A stretch of DNA of 63,014 bases, filler included, from Choristocarpus tenellus KU-1152 (Eukaryota > Protista > Phaeophyceae): NCBI GenBank assembly GCA_964200185.2. It is 7 parts of 7 records of this genome, joined end to end, with 100 filler letters (N's around TTAATTAATTAA, not from the genome) between each part and the next. Parts side by side here need not be neighbours in the genome. Positions count along the whole stretch, not along the records: positions 49,842 to 53,393 come from CAXNAD020019306.1; positions 53,494 to 60,019 come from CAXNAD020007939.1; positions 60,120 to 63,014 come from CAXNAD020023835.1; 4 more parts are not named here. One strand, written 5' to 3'. The position numbers and the translations under genes were made by a program. Shown in pieces: positions 52,101-63,014 of the stretch. Below the pieces are notes generated by a model. It searched no databases. It was not told the origin of the DNA and saw only the letters and a list, made by a program, of their open reading frames with translations. The first letter of the stretch is position 1; each line of letters opens with the position of its first letter.

Positions 52101-53095
52101 ATGTTTGTGGTGATGCAGGACGCACAACCAGGTCCCCACGTCGTGCCCCTTCAGGCTATCATCATCCCAGACTTCGCAGACATTGACCACAACCACCTGG
52201 ACAACACATTCACGATCCTGCCTGGTCAATACTAGAGGTTCACCTCGGAATCCAACGGGCAATCCCTCGATGGGATACCTGCTCGCTTCTCTAAGCAACT
52301 CAGACTTGGGAACACATCCGACGCCAGGTTCGATCAAGGAACCAGCTTCATCCTACGCGCGAGCGGGGGGGCCATCGTACAGAGGAAACTCAGCGATGTT
52401 CACATAGATGGTTCAGGGGCGTACATTTACTCAGTGTCCTACCTCTCGGATGATGGCGAAAAATCTTTGCCCCCTCAACTGGGGTCGTACATGACAGAGG
52501 ACGAGGTCGAGGAGGGTGTCAACCAACCTCGAGAGAGAACAACAAGATATACAGTGACGAGACTGCAGCCCTGTGTGTCAGACAACGCCGTCGGTCTATT
52601 GTTGACCGCCAACGGAAGCGTAGGGACATGGAGAAGGATACATAGAAATATATGCTCCTTGAACCGACACTGAGTTATGTGCCAGATTTAGATGAGGGAG
52701 AAACACTCAATGCCAGAGCTAAGGCCAGGGGAATATACTTCAGATGGGACGATCAGTGGACCGTGACCAAGTACCAGCCCCACTACACGGTGAAAGTTAG
52801 AGAGGAGCGAGTCAGCTACCCCTACGAGCAAATGGGAGAATGGTGACTTGCAAAATATCCAACTTCTTGTCCAACACTACAGTATTGACCAAGACCCTCC
52901 TACACGGGCCTGGTTCTGGACAAGTCCTACACTGCCACCATACTGACGAGAGAGACACGGCTTTGAGGAGCAGCATAGGCCAATTTCAGTTCGTGAGTCA
53001 CCCTCTACTTCGCCAGTCCGACACATGCCTCGACAGACATGTTATGATGGAGAGATCGGACGTTCTCAACGGACTTGTACATTTGGTATATTGAA
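52101..53095 (+). pseudogene. Intronless decayed ORF of unknown family
   Basis: MFVVMQDAQPGPHVVPLQAIIIPDFADID...*RFTSESNG...FILRASG/AIVQRKLSDVHIDGSGAYIYSVSYLSD...; protein-like over ~1 kb with few stops and frameshifts. Confidence 0.4.
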
Positions 53096-53331
53096 TTTAT
53101 TATCTTCCCGAAGGGTTTGTGTTTGTATGTCCTCATATGCATGTTATTATTGGCCCGGTGGCAACCTAGATTTCGTCTCCATTAGTGCGTTCTACCACCA
53201 TCCTCTAATACCTTTACTGCCATGCCCCAATCCTTTTTCCTCCCCCCTTTGCATTGATCGGACCACAGAGCAATTTTGACGGAAACCTTACTAGAAATAC
53301 GTTGACGCACAAGCATCTCGTACTCCATACC

Positions 53332-53393
53332 GGCTCAAAGTATCTAGGAGGGGGTAGCGGCTGTCCATTTGGGGTCAATTTTTTCATGTCGCG
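53332..53393 (+). mobile_element. MITE family A, cut by the contig end
   Basis: GGCTCAAAGTATCTAGGAGGGGGTAGCGGCTGTCCATTTGGGGTC... Confidence 0.85.
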
Positions 53394-53493
53394 NNNNNNN
53401 NNNNNNNNNNNNNNNNNNNNNNNNNNNNNNNNNNNNNTTAATTAATTAANNNNNNNNNNNNNNNNNNNNNNNNNNNNNNNNNNNNNNNNNNNN
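53394..53493. other. Artificial contig linker
   Basis: N-TTAATTAATTAA-N. Confidence 0.98.
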
Positions 53494-53570
53494 CTATTCG
53501 CGTGTAACAAACGTTTGCACTTCGTTGAAATATAAGAAGAAATACTCGCTCTATTCGCCTGTAACATCAC

Positions 53571-54100
53571 CGCTCTCCCCTGGCCATGAGTATGGCACTC
53601 CTAGGGTCGCTCTGGTCACCGTTCGTCCAGCCCAGCATGGCTGGCGCAATGTTGCAGCCATTCAGCCTGCTCAGGGCCTTCACCTCACATTCCACGCCAT
53701 TGCCAAATCCATCGGCAATCTTCAATACCTGCGCGTTGACATTGAACTAAGTGAGAAGCATCGATTGAGTTGATGATGATAGGAAAAAATTTCGAGCGAG
53801 TAGTACAGAAGGGTCGGGTAGTACTATTGAAAGGAGGGTGACTTACGATAGAGCAGAGGGAGGGTCGTGGATTCTAACGCCGTATCCAACCTCTATCCAA
53901 ACCTGGCCTAAGCCTTCCGACACAATCATAGCTCTGCTCGCTTCCCTCTCGCATTCCTTCCGTCGGAGCATATCCTCGTGTATTTCACCTTCAGCACAAA
54001 CGGTCGGGATTTTCCTCCCAGAGCCGATGAGGGCGAGAATATTGGCTGATGGGGGCATCATCATGTCCTGTCTACACTGTCCTGGCAAGGAGAAGGGAAA
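53571..54100 (-). CDS. Protein-kinase-like fragment (N-lobe); exon 53571-53728 plus a possible upstream exon; may be a pseudogene
   Basis: cag|VLKIADGFGNGVECEVKALSRLNGCNIAPAMLGW...SAILMARGE|gt matches kinase subdomains II-V (VxK, alphaC Glu, P..LG, ILM). The upstream SEGLGQVW may be the Gly loop, but its splice phase does not obviously match. Confidence 0.4.
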
Positions 54101-55149
54101 AACTGAATCAGCACCTTGGAATCCTACTCCAATGGTTTCATGTGTCAAATATGTTCAAAAATCAAGGTTTAGAACTTTCGAAAAGCATTGACATCCTTGC
54201 CCCTCACCAATCCCAGTACGCGGTCTCTTCAACCAGTCCAAATCCAGGTGCTGATCCTAGTCACTAGCCATCCTCCCTGCTTGTTGAATCTTGAAGGTCA
54301 GCCTCTGGAGGTCTTCCACGTTCCCACGCGTCGGATATTTATACTGTGTCGTTCACGATACGGTCAAGGGGAAGGGTACAACTCTTTGCGAGATCCTGTA
54401 GATATCTATTTGGATATCTATTTGCTAGTGTCATGACATCAGACATGTTTTGGTTTGAACAAAAGTTACAACCATAAAAAGATGGAAAATTATATTGTAT
54501 TTCCACCGGAGGCGCAAGCATGTAGCAGATGAAACAATTAATATTATTTGTAGTATTTTATTATGTTCTGTGAGATTTTCCACATGTGTTGTAGGGGAAA
54601 AAACAAATAAAACCTACTATTCACATATCAGAAAAATTACCATAAAAGTAACAGTGATCATAGATGTGAAGACATTTCTGCATTTACTATTTAACTACCA
54701 CGTATCCTATCCCACTCCTTCCTCTCTCTGTCTCCAACCTAGCTCAGTCCTGCACCCCAAGGAATGAAAATAGTCTTACAATCCCTTCCTTATCCATCTC
54801 CCTAGTCTCTCAAGCTTAAAACGTGTAACACGTCTAGGCAGGGCCACCTGCGTTGTAACAGAGACTATTTGTAATAGGTTGGATTTGACCGCCCCTTTCC
54901 TGCGGCATTATGGTGCCATGTGGTCAGGTTCTGTGTAATTGGGGGTGATAACAACTACCAGAGAAAAATGTGTAGGAAAGAAGTGAGAGGTGGGACTGAG
55001 GTATGCTGGGGGTGGGTTATAGCGTGTTCCTCAATCCCAATTCTGATTGGCTGCAACTAGCCAGAAGATAAAATAAGACTATACACATGTTTCCTGGTCT
55101 GAAACCACCTTCATCTCAAGGTCACAGCGAGCTGGTTGTGCATTTAACC

Positions 55150-58100
55150 CAAATCACACCACCTTCACTACCCTCAATGACAAAAGATGGCGCGCGCAAT
55201 GGTTATGACTACATGCCATGCCTCATATCAATGTGTTGGGCATCACAACTGCGACCTGTCCCTCACATTACCCCCCTCCCCAATTTAGGTTCTATCCAAC
55301 ATGAACACAAAAGTGGCTGGCCAGCACTTCATGCCAGACAGGTCCTTGGGAGGAAACCTCATGTTTCTTGAAACAACTCCAAGGAAACCGATAATCAACC
55401 CTAGTGGTCACACTCCATTTCAGGGTATGAATGTCAGTGACAACGGGTGGAAATCATGGAAGAATTGTGTGGACATGCCTGCCCCGTCTCTTACATACAC
55501 CTGGGAATCCCAGTGGATAACTCTCAGTATCACCACAGCTTCAGTATCTTCAAGTAATCCATTGGGACTGTTGCAGGGACAGTGTCAAGAGTGATTTTGA
55601 AAACTAATAATATCCTTCTGTCACCTGGTCTAACATATTGTCAACCAAGGTGCTAGAACACCAGAGCAAATCTTGAATTGTAATGATATTGTTTTGTATA
55701 CACATGTGGAAATACTTGGAAAATATGAACGTTTGATGAACGCTATGCAAACTTTTTGACAGGTAGGACCAACCTGCGTACATTTCTCTCGAGTTGAGGT
55801 TAACTTTTCTACCCCACAAGCCTGAGTCGTCTGATAAGCTCTAAGAAATACCATCCTATGCCATGGTATGGTCTTCAAGAATAATCAGTTTCGCTTCCAA
55901 GGTCTTGGAATTGAGAAATATATATACATACATATTAGATAAATGTACCTTCTCGATCTCTGGACTCTTACAGCAACTTATCAGGCTTGCAATCGACTAG
56001 TACAGAGGACTTTGTTGCAAATACCGGTCCCAAGGAGAGAAGTCGGAGATCCTTGTAGGTGGACGTCCCGTCATCAGCAAATCAATTCCATCAGGTGTTT
56101 TAGGGGCAAAAGCAGCCTTACCATTATGGCTAGTCATTTGATCAGCGGCTCTTACATTAGGGACACCGAACTTGTCCTTCTCCCTATATCCCTCTATAGG
56201 CTGCGATCATCTTTGCCCATTCAGGTATTTCAGCGGGTTTAAGCCAAACATTACTGTCCATTGAATATCTGCAAAAGCAAAGACAGTACACGAAAGCTCA
56301 AATGTTATATTTTCATAATACATCTCCCTTGTGGTCAACAATGCCCTCTACCACATATGTATGACCCAAGAAGTGGCCGTGTCTTTGACTCCTGATCAAG
56401 ATCTGGTTCGGGCACTACACCCTCCCTGAAATATGCATATTAAGGGTACCCATATCAGGTTCAGCAACTACAACTTTCTGAGGTTTTAGTCTGACCACAT
56501 GAACGATCACATCTCACCTCTTGTGTGCAAAAAAAGAAACAACATGGTGTAGGCTACTCCCTAATTAAGGGGCAGTGTTGAATATTCTGGGTCTGCCAAA
56601 CATTTGAAGTGTGCTTCAAACTGATCATGTTGAGCTTTGGCTATCGACTACTTAGATTACATTGATGGAAATAACATAGAGCCTTGAGTCATTTGCCACT
56701 CTAGTGATTCCACCTAGGTCGTCCGCATACAAGTCATAGGCAAGACATAACTTGCTTCAGACGCTGCTTTGTAGTTTCAGCTCACACATTTAGACGTACA
56801 GGAGTTATGGTTTCTATTTCAGATATATGTTTACAGAACTCTTCCAGTTGAGGACATGACAACATACACGGGATGCAATGTAATCCACTGGGCTTACCAA
56901 TGATGATGAAATCAATGCTTCCCAGAGATATGGCCCATATAGTTAATAAATTGGACGTGTCTTGCATTGTGTCCAGCCACAGTATGGCTGATGATGTGGC
57001 TGTGAAAGAGGAGAAGGAACCTCGTCTACACAAGTGTGAAAATTACCTCCAAAGTGCTTGGAGCACATGTACCAGAAGACGGCAGTCCCTTCAACTCAAC
57101 GGCAGCCCCCTCTAGGATGTATATACTCCTTCGGGGTTGACATCGTGCCCCAAATAATGTGATTGAGACTTGGATGGCGTTAACGTAAAGCCCCTACGGT
57201 TCATGACAATCAATTGTTTATGGTACACCACAAGTTGGACAAGCCAAAATATCTAAATATACCAATACACCTCAGCTAGGACCACCTTTAGAAACTGTTT
57301 TAGACATTGACTCTTGGAATATCTGCTGTACATTTTGTACGGTAACCTCCAAATTCATACTCCCCACCTGCCATGAAAGGAAGGCAGCCTATTGCCATTC
57401 GCATTCCTCAGACATGAGTAATTGCCAATAGGCTGATTGAATATCTAGACAAGATAAACGCTTTGAACCCAACAATGGGGACAAATATTCTTCCATGGAT
57501 GGTAAGGGCCATGGGTTTCACATCAAATATTTGTCGATGTTTTAAAATCCACAGAGAATGGGGGTATCCATTGGTTTCGCAGAATGGTAACAGGGAATGC
57601 CCATGGGCTTGAAGATGGTGTTACAATACTCTGTTCTTCTGTGTCTTTTGCACACTGGTGGGTGGTGTCACATATTTTTGGTGCCGTGTGGTACACAGAG
57701 CTCTACGAACTTGCTTAGTACCTGCTTCAAGAGGAAACTCAACAGAATTTGTGGTATAGGAGCCTAATTCAAATTCGGATAATCAAAAGGCAGGACTAAA
57801 AGTTGCTAGTCATTCTCCCTGCTTTCAGTTAAAGCCAGATGTGTGTGTGTTTTTTTTACTGTGCCTTCTTTAACAACACCCTTCATTATCCCTAGCATTT
57901 TCAGGTCTTCAGGATTAGAGGGTGTGGCTACAACTGCACAGGTGGCAGTATCTGAGAGGGCATGCGTATATGCAATACAAGGGAGACATGACCTACTACA
58001 GAATTTGCAGGTCGCTTCACCCCTTTGATAAATTAGCGATTTAGACTAAACGGCGTTCATCCTCAGTTCAAACCGTGAGGGTGTGACTGACCATATTTTG

Positions 58101-58450
58101 TTGCCACTGGGGATGTACACCTTCCTCCTGTTGCAAGTCCATGCCAGTGTTGATGATTGGTTCCACAGCACCATCATTGGCTATTCCTCAAAGGGTTGAG
58201 GAACAAACTAGGTCAATGATTTCCGTGACACATTTAAGGTATATAACTCAGTTGTGACCAATGAAATTGAGACATGAAGACTACTGGCTCTGATGGAATT
58301 TCAGTCATACAATTGAATGTTGGGAAGTAAGATGGGGATTGGGAAAAGCTTATGATTTCCTGGAATACATACATCACTGTCTTAAATCGATAAATCTTCT
58401 TTGTCCCCTTCTAGCCCTGCCCCCAAAGCTGACATGATGCTGTTATCCAG
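55150..58450 (-). mobile_element. Degenerate Ty3/Gypsy LTR retrotransposon pol
   Basis: Broken minus-strand RT motifs (CxDF..I-like ~57550; DIxSAYWQLLM...AF...GxYEFxRLPY ~57330-57450), then RNase H- and integrase-like remnants in RT-RH-IN order. Boundaries approximate. Confidence 0.6.
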
Positions 58451-58518
58451 GAAGATTTATCCAACCCCCAAGTTGATTAGAACTACTGCTTGCACAGGTA
58501 TTGACAAATATCCAAGCT

Positions 58519-58572
58519 GCCTCAAAGTATCTGGCGGGGGGTGATGGCTGTCCATTTGGGGGCAATGTTTCC
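58519..58572 (+). mobile_element. MITE family A 5' fragment
   Basis: GCCTCAAAGTATCTGGCGGGGGGTGATGGCTGTCCATTTGGG. Confidence 0.7.
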
Positions 58573-60019
58573 CGACCTACGTAGCAATTGTTTAGATATC
58601 ACGCCATACCATGTATCCATGACCTTACAAACTCTGACGAAACAAAGTCAGCACGGCATCCCCTAAAATATCTCACTCTTCACTCTCTCCTGCTATTCGG
58701 TGTTATCCTGTGCACAGGGGTTCATGGGGGAAATAGCAAAGATTCTGGCAGGGTGGCACGTGCTGCGATCGCCAATAAAAGTCGACCGATCGTCTCCTGT
58801 TCGCAGTTGTTACGGAATATACATGTAAGCGAAAGTTTTTATCTCTATTGAAATTTGTAAAGAAGGGAATACGACAAATCCTGCGCTCCAGAGCTCAAGG
58901 GTGGAACTCCTTATGAGAAAGGTGCCTCGAGAAGGTAGATAGCCCTAGGGAATGTGGTTGAGGTAGGGTGGGTCAATATACTCATCTCATTCGTTGCTGC
59001 TTGATCCTTTGAAGGGTTGCCGTTGTGAGGCTGACCTCCATACTCACCCGCTCCCAAACTGCGCTAGACTTAGATGACAACTCGGACTTGAAATGGAGAT
59101 ATCGTTGCTATCAAAATTCCTCTCTTGTACTCATCATGTTCGGCCAACACTTGATGGGTTGCGCCGAAGGGTGGCCCTCAGCCATTGCGACACCACCTTA
59201 GTATTCGAGCGAACCGCCAAGGGTAACTTACGATTTTTTCGAGGCTCAGGATGCATAAGGGCTAGGTCATTGAATGATCCTCCCTCTCAAGCTGTACTTA
59301 CCTGATGGTGCTTTGTTTCTCCAAGTCTTCTCGTCTTTCTGACCAGTGTTGTGACACTACATCTCTGATGACCCCCTGACAAAGATCGGTTTGAGTACCA
59401 CTGTTGTATGGCTAAGTCCTGTGCGGTGAGGGGTGATGAGAGTCACCAGAGACGAGGTTCAGAAAGTGAGCGAAAGATGGGTTGAGCCATACTGGACAAT
59501 GGTTGAGACGTACGAGAAGGTTGTTTATTTATGTTGTTCAATCGTGAAGTGATTGGTTGCGATTAGTGAAAATATAAAAAGAAAACACAACAATCAGGTT
59601 TGTTGGTTTGACTACTCTTTTACGTTAAGATTTACAACGGTTAGTCTTTCATCTTCAGACATATTGAACCAACTGACCTCAAGAACAGAAGGTGGCGCGA
59701 GCGAGAATATCGATGCGCGCGGTATCTTACAATAATTATATTCATGTCAGGGACAGGTCACCTTTTGGGGGATTTTCGACATTGATGAGGATAATACGTG
59801 CGGTCATATGCAATTGCGCGCGTCACCTTTTGCGATTGAGGTCAGGTCGAGTGATGTAGTGTGGATCAGACGCACGACTTAGGGTTAGGGTTAGGAAACC
59901 TCCTACTCCTTGAGGGGGGTATCGCTGAGTGTGAGAGATCTCTGTGCCTGCCTTCCGACACATGTGCTCCTAACACTCGGGGAAAATCCATACTAGAGCG
60001 AACCACAAATATTTGTACC

Positions 60020-60119
60020 NNNNNNNNNNNNNNNNNNNNNNNNNNNNNNNNNNNNNNNNNNNNTTAATTAATTAANNNNNNNNNNNNNNNNNNNNNNNNN
60101 NNNNNNNNNNNNNNNNNNN
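60020..60119. other. Artificial contig linker
   Basis: N-TTAATTAATTAA-N. Confidence 0.98.
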
Positions 60120-60249
60120 AAGAAGGTGTTAGGGTTGGGCTACAAGGGCTCTGAAGCCAGAAACACGGTAACCAATTTCCGGCGCTCAACGAGGAAATGT
60201 GATAGTAAAGGCTCTAACACTGTGAATCCTGTACCTGTGTATGAACGGT

Positions 60250-61000
60250 GGGTAAGACTGTCAAACATTGTTCGAGATGGCAACAGGATATGCAATGGTC
60301 AGGTTGGAAACTGTGAGCAAATGGGAGAGAGACTTCCTACCTAAGGGCCACATCAAGGTGTTAGAGCAAGGGCGCGATGAGAGGCGTTTCGTTCTGGGCC
60401 TCGACGAGGACATCCTTGCCGAGGCGAACACACAGGAAGAAAGGATGGGGAGGCTTTTTTCCTGTCTAAACCCTATACTTTGATATAGTAATAGTGCATC
60501 TGTTGCCACTCTTGATAACCTACAATCCAGGGTTCGAACCCCAATGTGAGCGGTCTTTCTTATAAAAGAAAAAATGGCGAAAAACAAAAACGACGCCCGT
60601 AGTCTGAAGGGCATTGTGACAGGTATCACGAATATGCTTTTATATTTTAATCCGATATCTACATCAAAAGCTATGATGGGACAACCCCAGGCGCGTAAGG
60701 TATTGGTACTACTATATTATCATACCTTTAGATGGTACATCGATGCCAGTCCCTTTTTATATGGTGATATTAATGATATTTATGAAGGGAATATCCAAGT
60801 GAGAGGTCCAGCATACTTGACGACTTGTACATCAGGAGCCCTGTACGTGCATCGGCGCCATCTGTAGGCTTGTGGATTGAAGCTATACATTCTGTGAAGG
60901 TAAACTTCTGGAGCGTGCTGTAACATACCAGAGGTGAATCTATAGTTTGGAGTGAGGAGTCATGGATTATGATAGGGGAGATGGTATACTTCTTTATCAT
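60250..61000 (+). mobile_element. Degenerate reverse transcriptase, DIRS/Ngaro-like
   Basis: GRLFSCLN...ATLDNL; YWYYYIIIP(F)..SPFLY (across a frameshift); GCATACTTGACGACTTGTACATC at 60811 restores AYLDDLYI with one added G. Confidence 0.5.
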
Positions 61001-61029
61001 TCAGTACCACTAGTGAATTGTTGTTACAT

Positions 61030-61800
61030 GTTTGGTTAGCTACTCCAAACTGTATTCGCAACTCCATCGGTGGTGTCCCTGTGTATCCCAGCACCTATTT
61101 CCAACACCCTCACTTGCTGTCACGACATTGTACACCATGCTATCAAAGCACTCTTGCATTCTCTACAACTCATAACACTTATGATCGCAATAACAGCAAG
61201 TTCTCATCCATAAAACCTTGAAAAACATCTTCACTAGCCCTTGAAACTCCACTAACTAGAAAAACACTCTTCCATAGTCTTTATTCATTTCTCCTCCCTG
61301 GCTTAGGAGTCCTTGCATCGATCTAATTATTGGGTTCACCTCCTATTCACACCTATTATCCTCTCTGTATTCCATCACAGCCACTGCCGAAGAGTGGTAT
61401 TTAGGCACCTTGCCCAGCATCTTGGAGACAAGTTCCAAATCTGGAATCTTCACCTCAAGGAAAGCAAGCCCCATGGCTAACCTCCCCATCTTGGTCAAGA
61501 ACGGAACCGAATCGTCTCCATCCCGAAGCATTACCCTGTCCATCTCGACCCTGTACCTCTTTCTTCTTCTATGGGGAATATTTTCAGTCATCAGGTCGGC
61601 CCAACTACCACTTAGTGACCCCGCTCTGTAAAAAATCAAAGCAGGAAAATCGCACAACATGCACCTCACTAGAGACCAGACTTTCTCCTCCATTCCGCGT
61701 TCGTCCAGATTCTCCATCCAGATACAACCAACGAATTCCGATACCACATTGACCAGGCTTATCATCTCCTGCCTCCCTCATATTCCTTGGCACTCTTTGT
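61030..61800 (-). mobile_element. Ty1/Copia gag relic (UBN2-type domain + degenerate zinc knuckle)
   Basis: MLRDGDDSVPFLTKMGRLAMGLAFLEVKIPDLELVSKMLGKVPKYHSSAVAVMEYRED; downstream RCWDTQGHHRWSC. Confidence 0.7.
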
Positions 61801-62026
61801 GTAAAAATTTAGGCTACTCATCTTTTGTATTTTTGATACGATGCATCTTTACCAGTCCATACTGACTGCTGATTTACACATCGGTACTGGTTGTTACTCA
61901 ACTTTACATCAGTGGTACTTCCTCATAGGGTAACCAATCACTGTTTTGAACATCATGGTGCATAGGAAAAGGGGAACAGTTGTCACCTATCAAATATACA
62001 AGCATAGTATGTGCTATATGAGTTAT

Positions 62027-62203
62027 GGCTCAAAGTATCTGGGGGGGGTGGCGACTGTCCATTTTGGGGTCAATCTTTTCATGTCGCGATTTTTGGGTGA
62101 TTTGGTTGCATATGTCAGATGGATAACGTAAATGCACGTTTCCTGATTTTGGTCCAAATGGACATCCTGGTGTAGACCCCCCCCGTCCCAGATACTTTGG
62201 GTC
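62027..62203 (+). mobile_element. MITE family A, intact, 4-bp TSD TTAT
   Basis: ttat|GGCTCAAAGTATCTGGGGGGGG...CCCAGATACTTTGGGTC|ttat. Confidence 0.92.
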
Positions 62204-62399
62204 TTATCACAGATTGTGTTAGAACATAGACCACTCATCATTTTGTACTTGATATATACAGTATTACCAGTTCATACTGAGTGTTAATTAGCACATCGAT
62301 ACTGGCCGTTACTCACATTTACATCATTAACACCTCATCATAGCATCATCAAGGGTCAGAGTATCTGGGGGGGGACCGATTTAACAAGTAATCGAAATT

Positions 62400-62706
62400 C
62401 TTTCCATCCACAACACAATGAAGTTATAACCTCAACACCTTCGCGGTGGAAAGTTTTGGGCGCCTCGGCAAGCAAGTGGTACGTTTCCTGGATGAACTGG
62501 CTACACACGTGGTGGGAGGGAGAGGAACTGGAGGCTATGGAAGGAAAGGGGTGTGCAAATCCCACCTACCCTCGGTAACAGCGCAGGTGGCATTGTCTAG
62601 AGGTGTCATGCGTTTTAAGCTGGAGTCACCAGGGAGATGGGCAAGGAGGGGTTTGTTGGATTCTTGGGATGAATCCCTAGCTCATCATCCTGTGGTGCAG
62701 GAATAG
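62400..62706 (+). mobile_element. CRE-like non-LTR retrotransposon 3' fragment
   Basis: SYNLNTFAVESFGRLGKQVVRFLDELATHVVGGRG...RKGV...SVTAQVALSRGVMRFKLE; homologous to 40745-40990. Confidence 0.75.
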
Positions 62707-63014
62707 GTAGATTGGAGGCATAGGAAGGTAGTGGTACAAGATACATAGTAGTGAAATAACAAATAGATGAGTGTTTTTAACAGTTGTCACATATTTTATT
62801 TCCTTTCGGGTTTATACTGACATATGAATAGTTTTCATTAGTTTCCCCCCCAACACATTTGGAAAATGTCAGAGGGCATAATAATAATGAAAAAAATAGA
62901 ATATTGAAAATCTACTCCATATTTTATCTACACTACCAACACAGTAGGTTACCCGATTTTGTTCACCCATGGGCATGCCCGAAAAAAGCGGTACAGAATT
63001 GATGTGGTACAATA

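Noticed and set aside
60268-60867. Narna/ourmia-like RdRp endogenous viral element (ATLDNL, AMMGQP, YGD)
   Set aside because: No GDD. A frameshift-restored AYLDDLYI and an upstream PF..SP motif fit a DIRS-like RT better.

Overview
Eukaryotic, intron-rich, repeat-rich DNA, most likely from a brown alga or close photosynthetic stramenopile (inferred from intron style, the brown-algal-type glucose/sorbosone dehydrogenase, a flagellar gene, TTAGGG-like tracts and CRE-type retroposon tails). It is not one locus. Seven contigs are joined by artificial 100-nt N/TTAATTAATTAA/N linkers, so adjacency across the linkers means nothing. Contig 1 (1-24472): a TVP38/TMEM64-family gene (3' part), a decayed Copia element, a complete TRAPPC2L gene, and the N-terminal half of SMC3 (13 exons, 3 GC-AG introns) head-to-head with TRAPPC2L. 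Contig 2: the 3' part of CFAP65. Contig 3: a secreted HIPL/HHIP-like glucose/sorbosone dehydrogenase (3' end missing) and a CRE-type LINE relic. Contigs 4-7: mostly transposon debris (possible MULE, Ulp1-like cargo, Ty3/Gypsy, DIRS-like RT, Copia gag) and a kinase-like fragment. A network of short MITEs sharing a GRG/GRC-CAAAGTATC terminal motif and 4-bp TSDs (Sola2-like by inference) runs through the window and sits at five contig ends. I found no convincing novel multi-gene system. The strongest observations are the GC-AG intron cluster, the MITE network and the bidirectional promoter. All calls are by eye, with no database searches.
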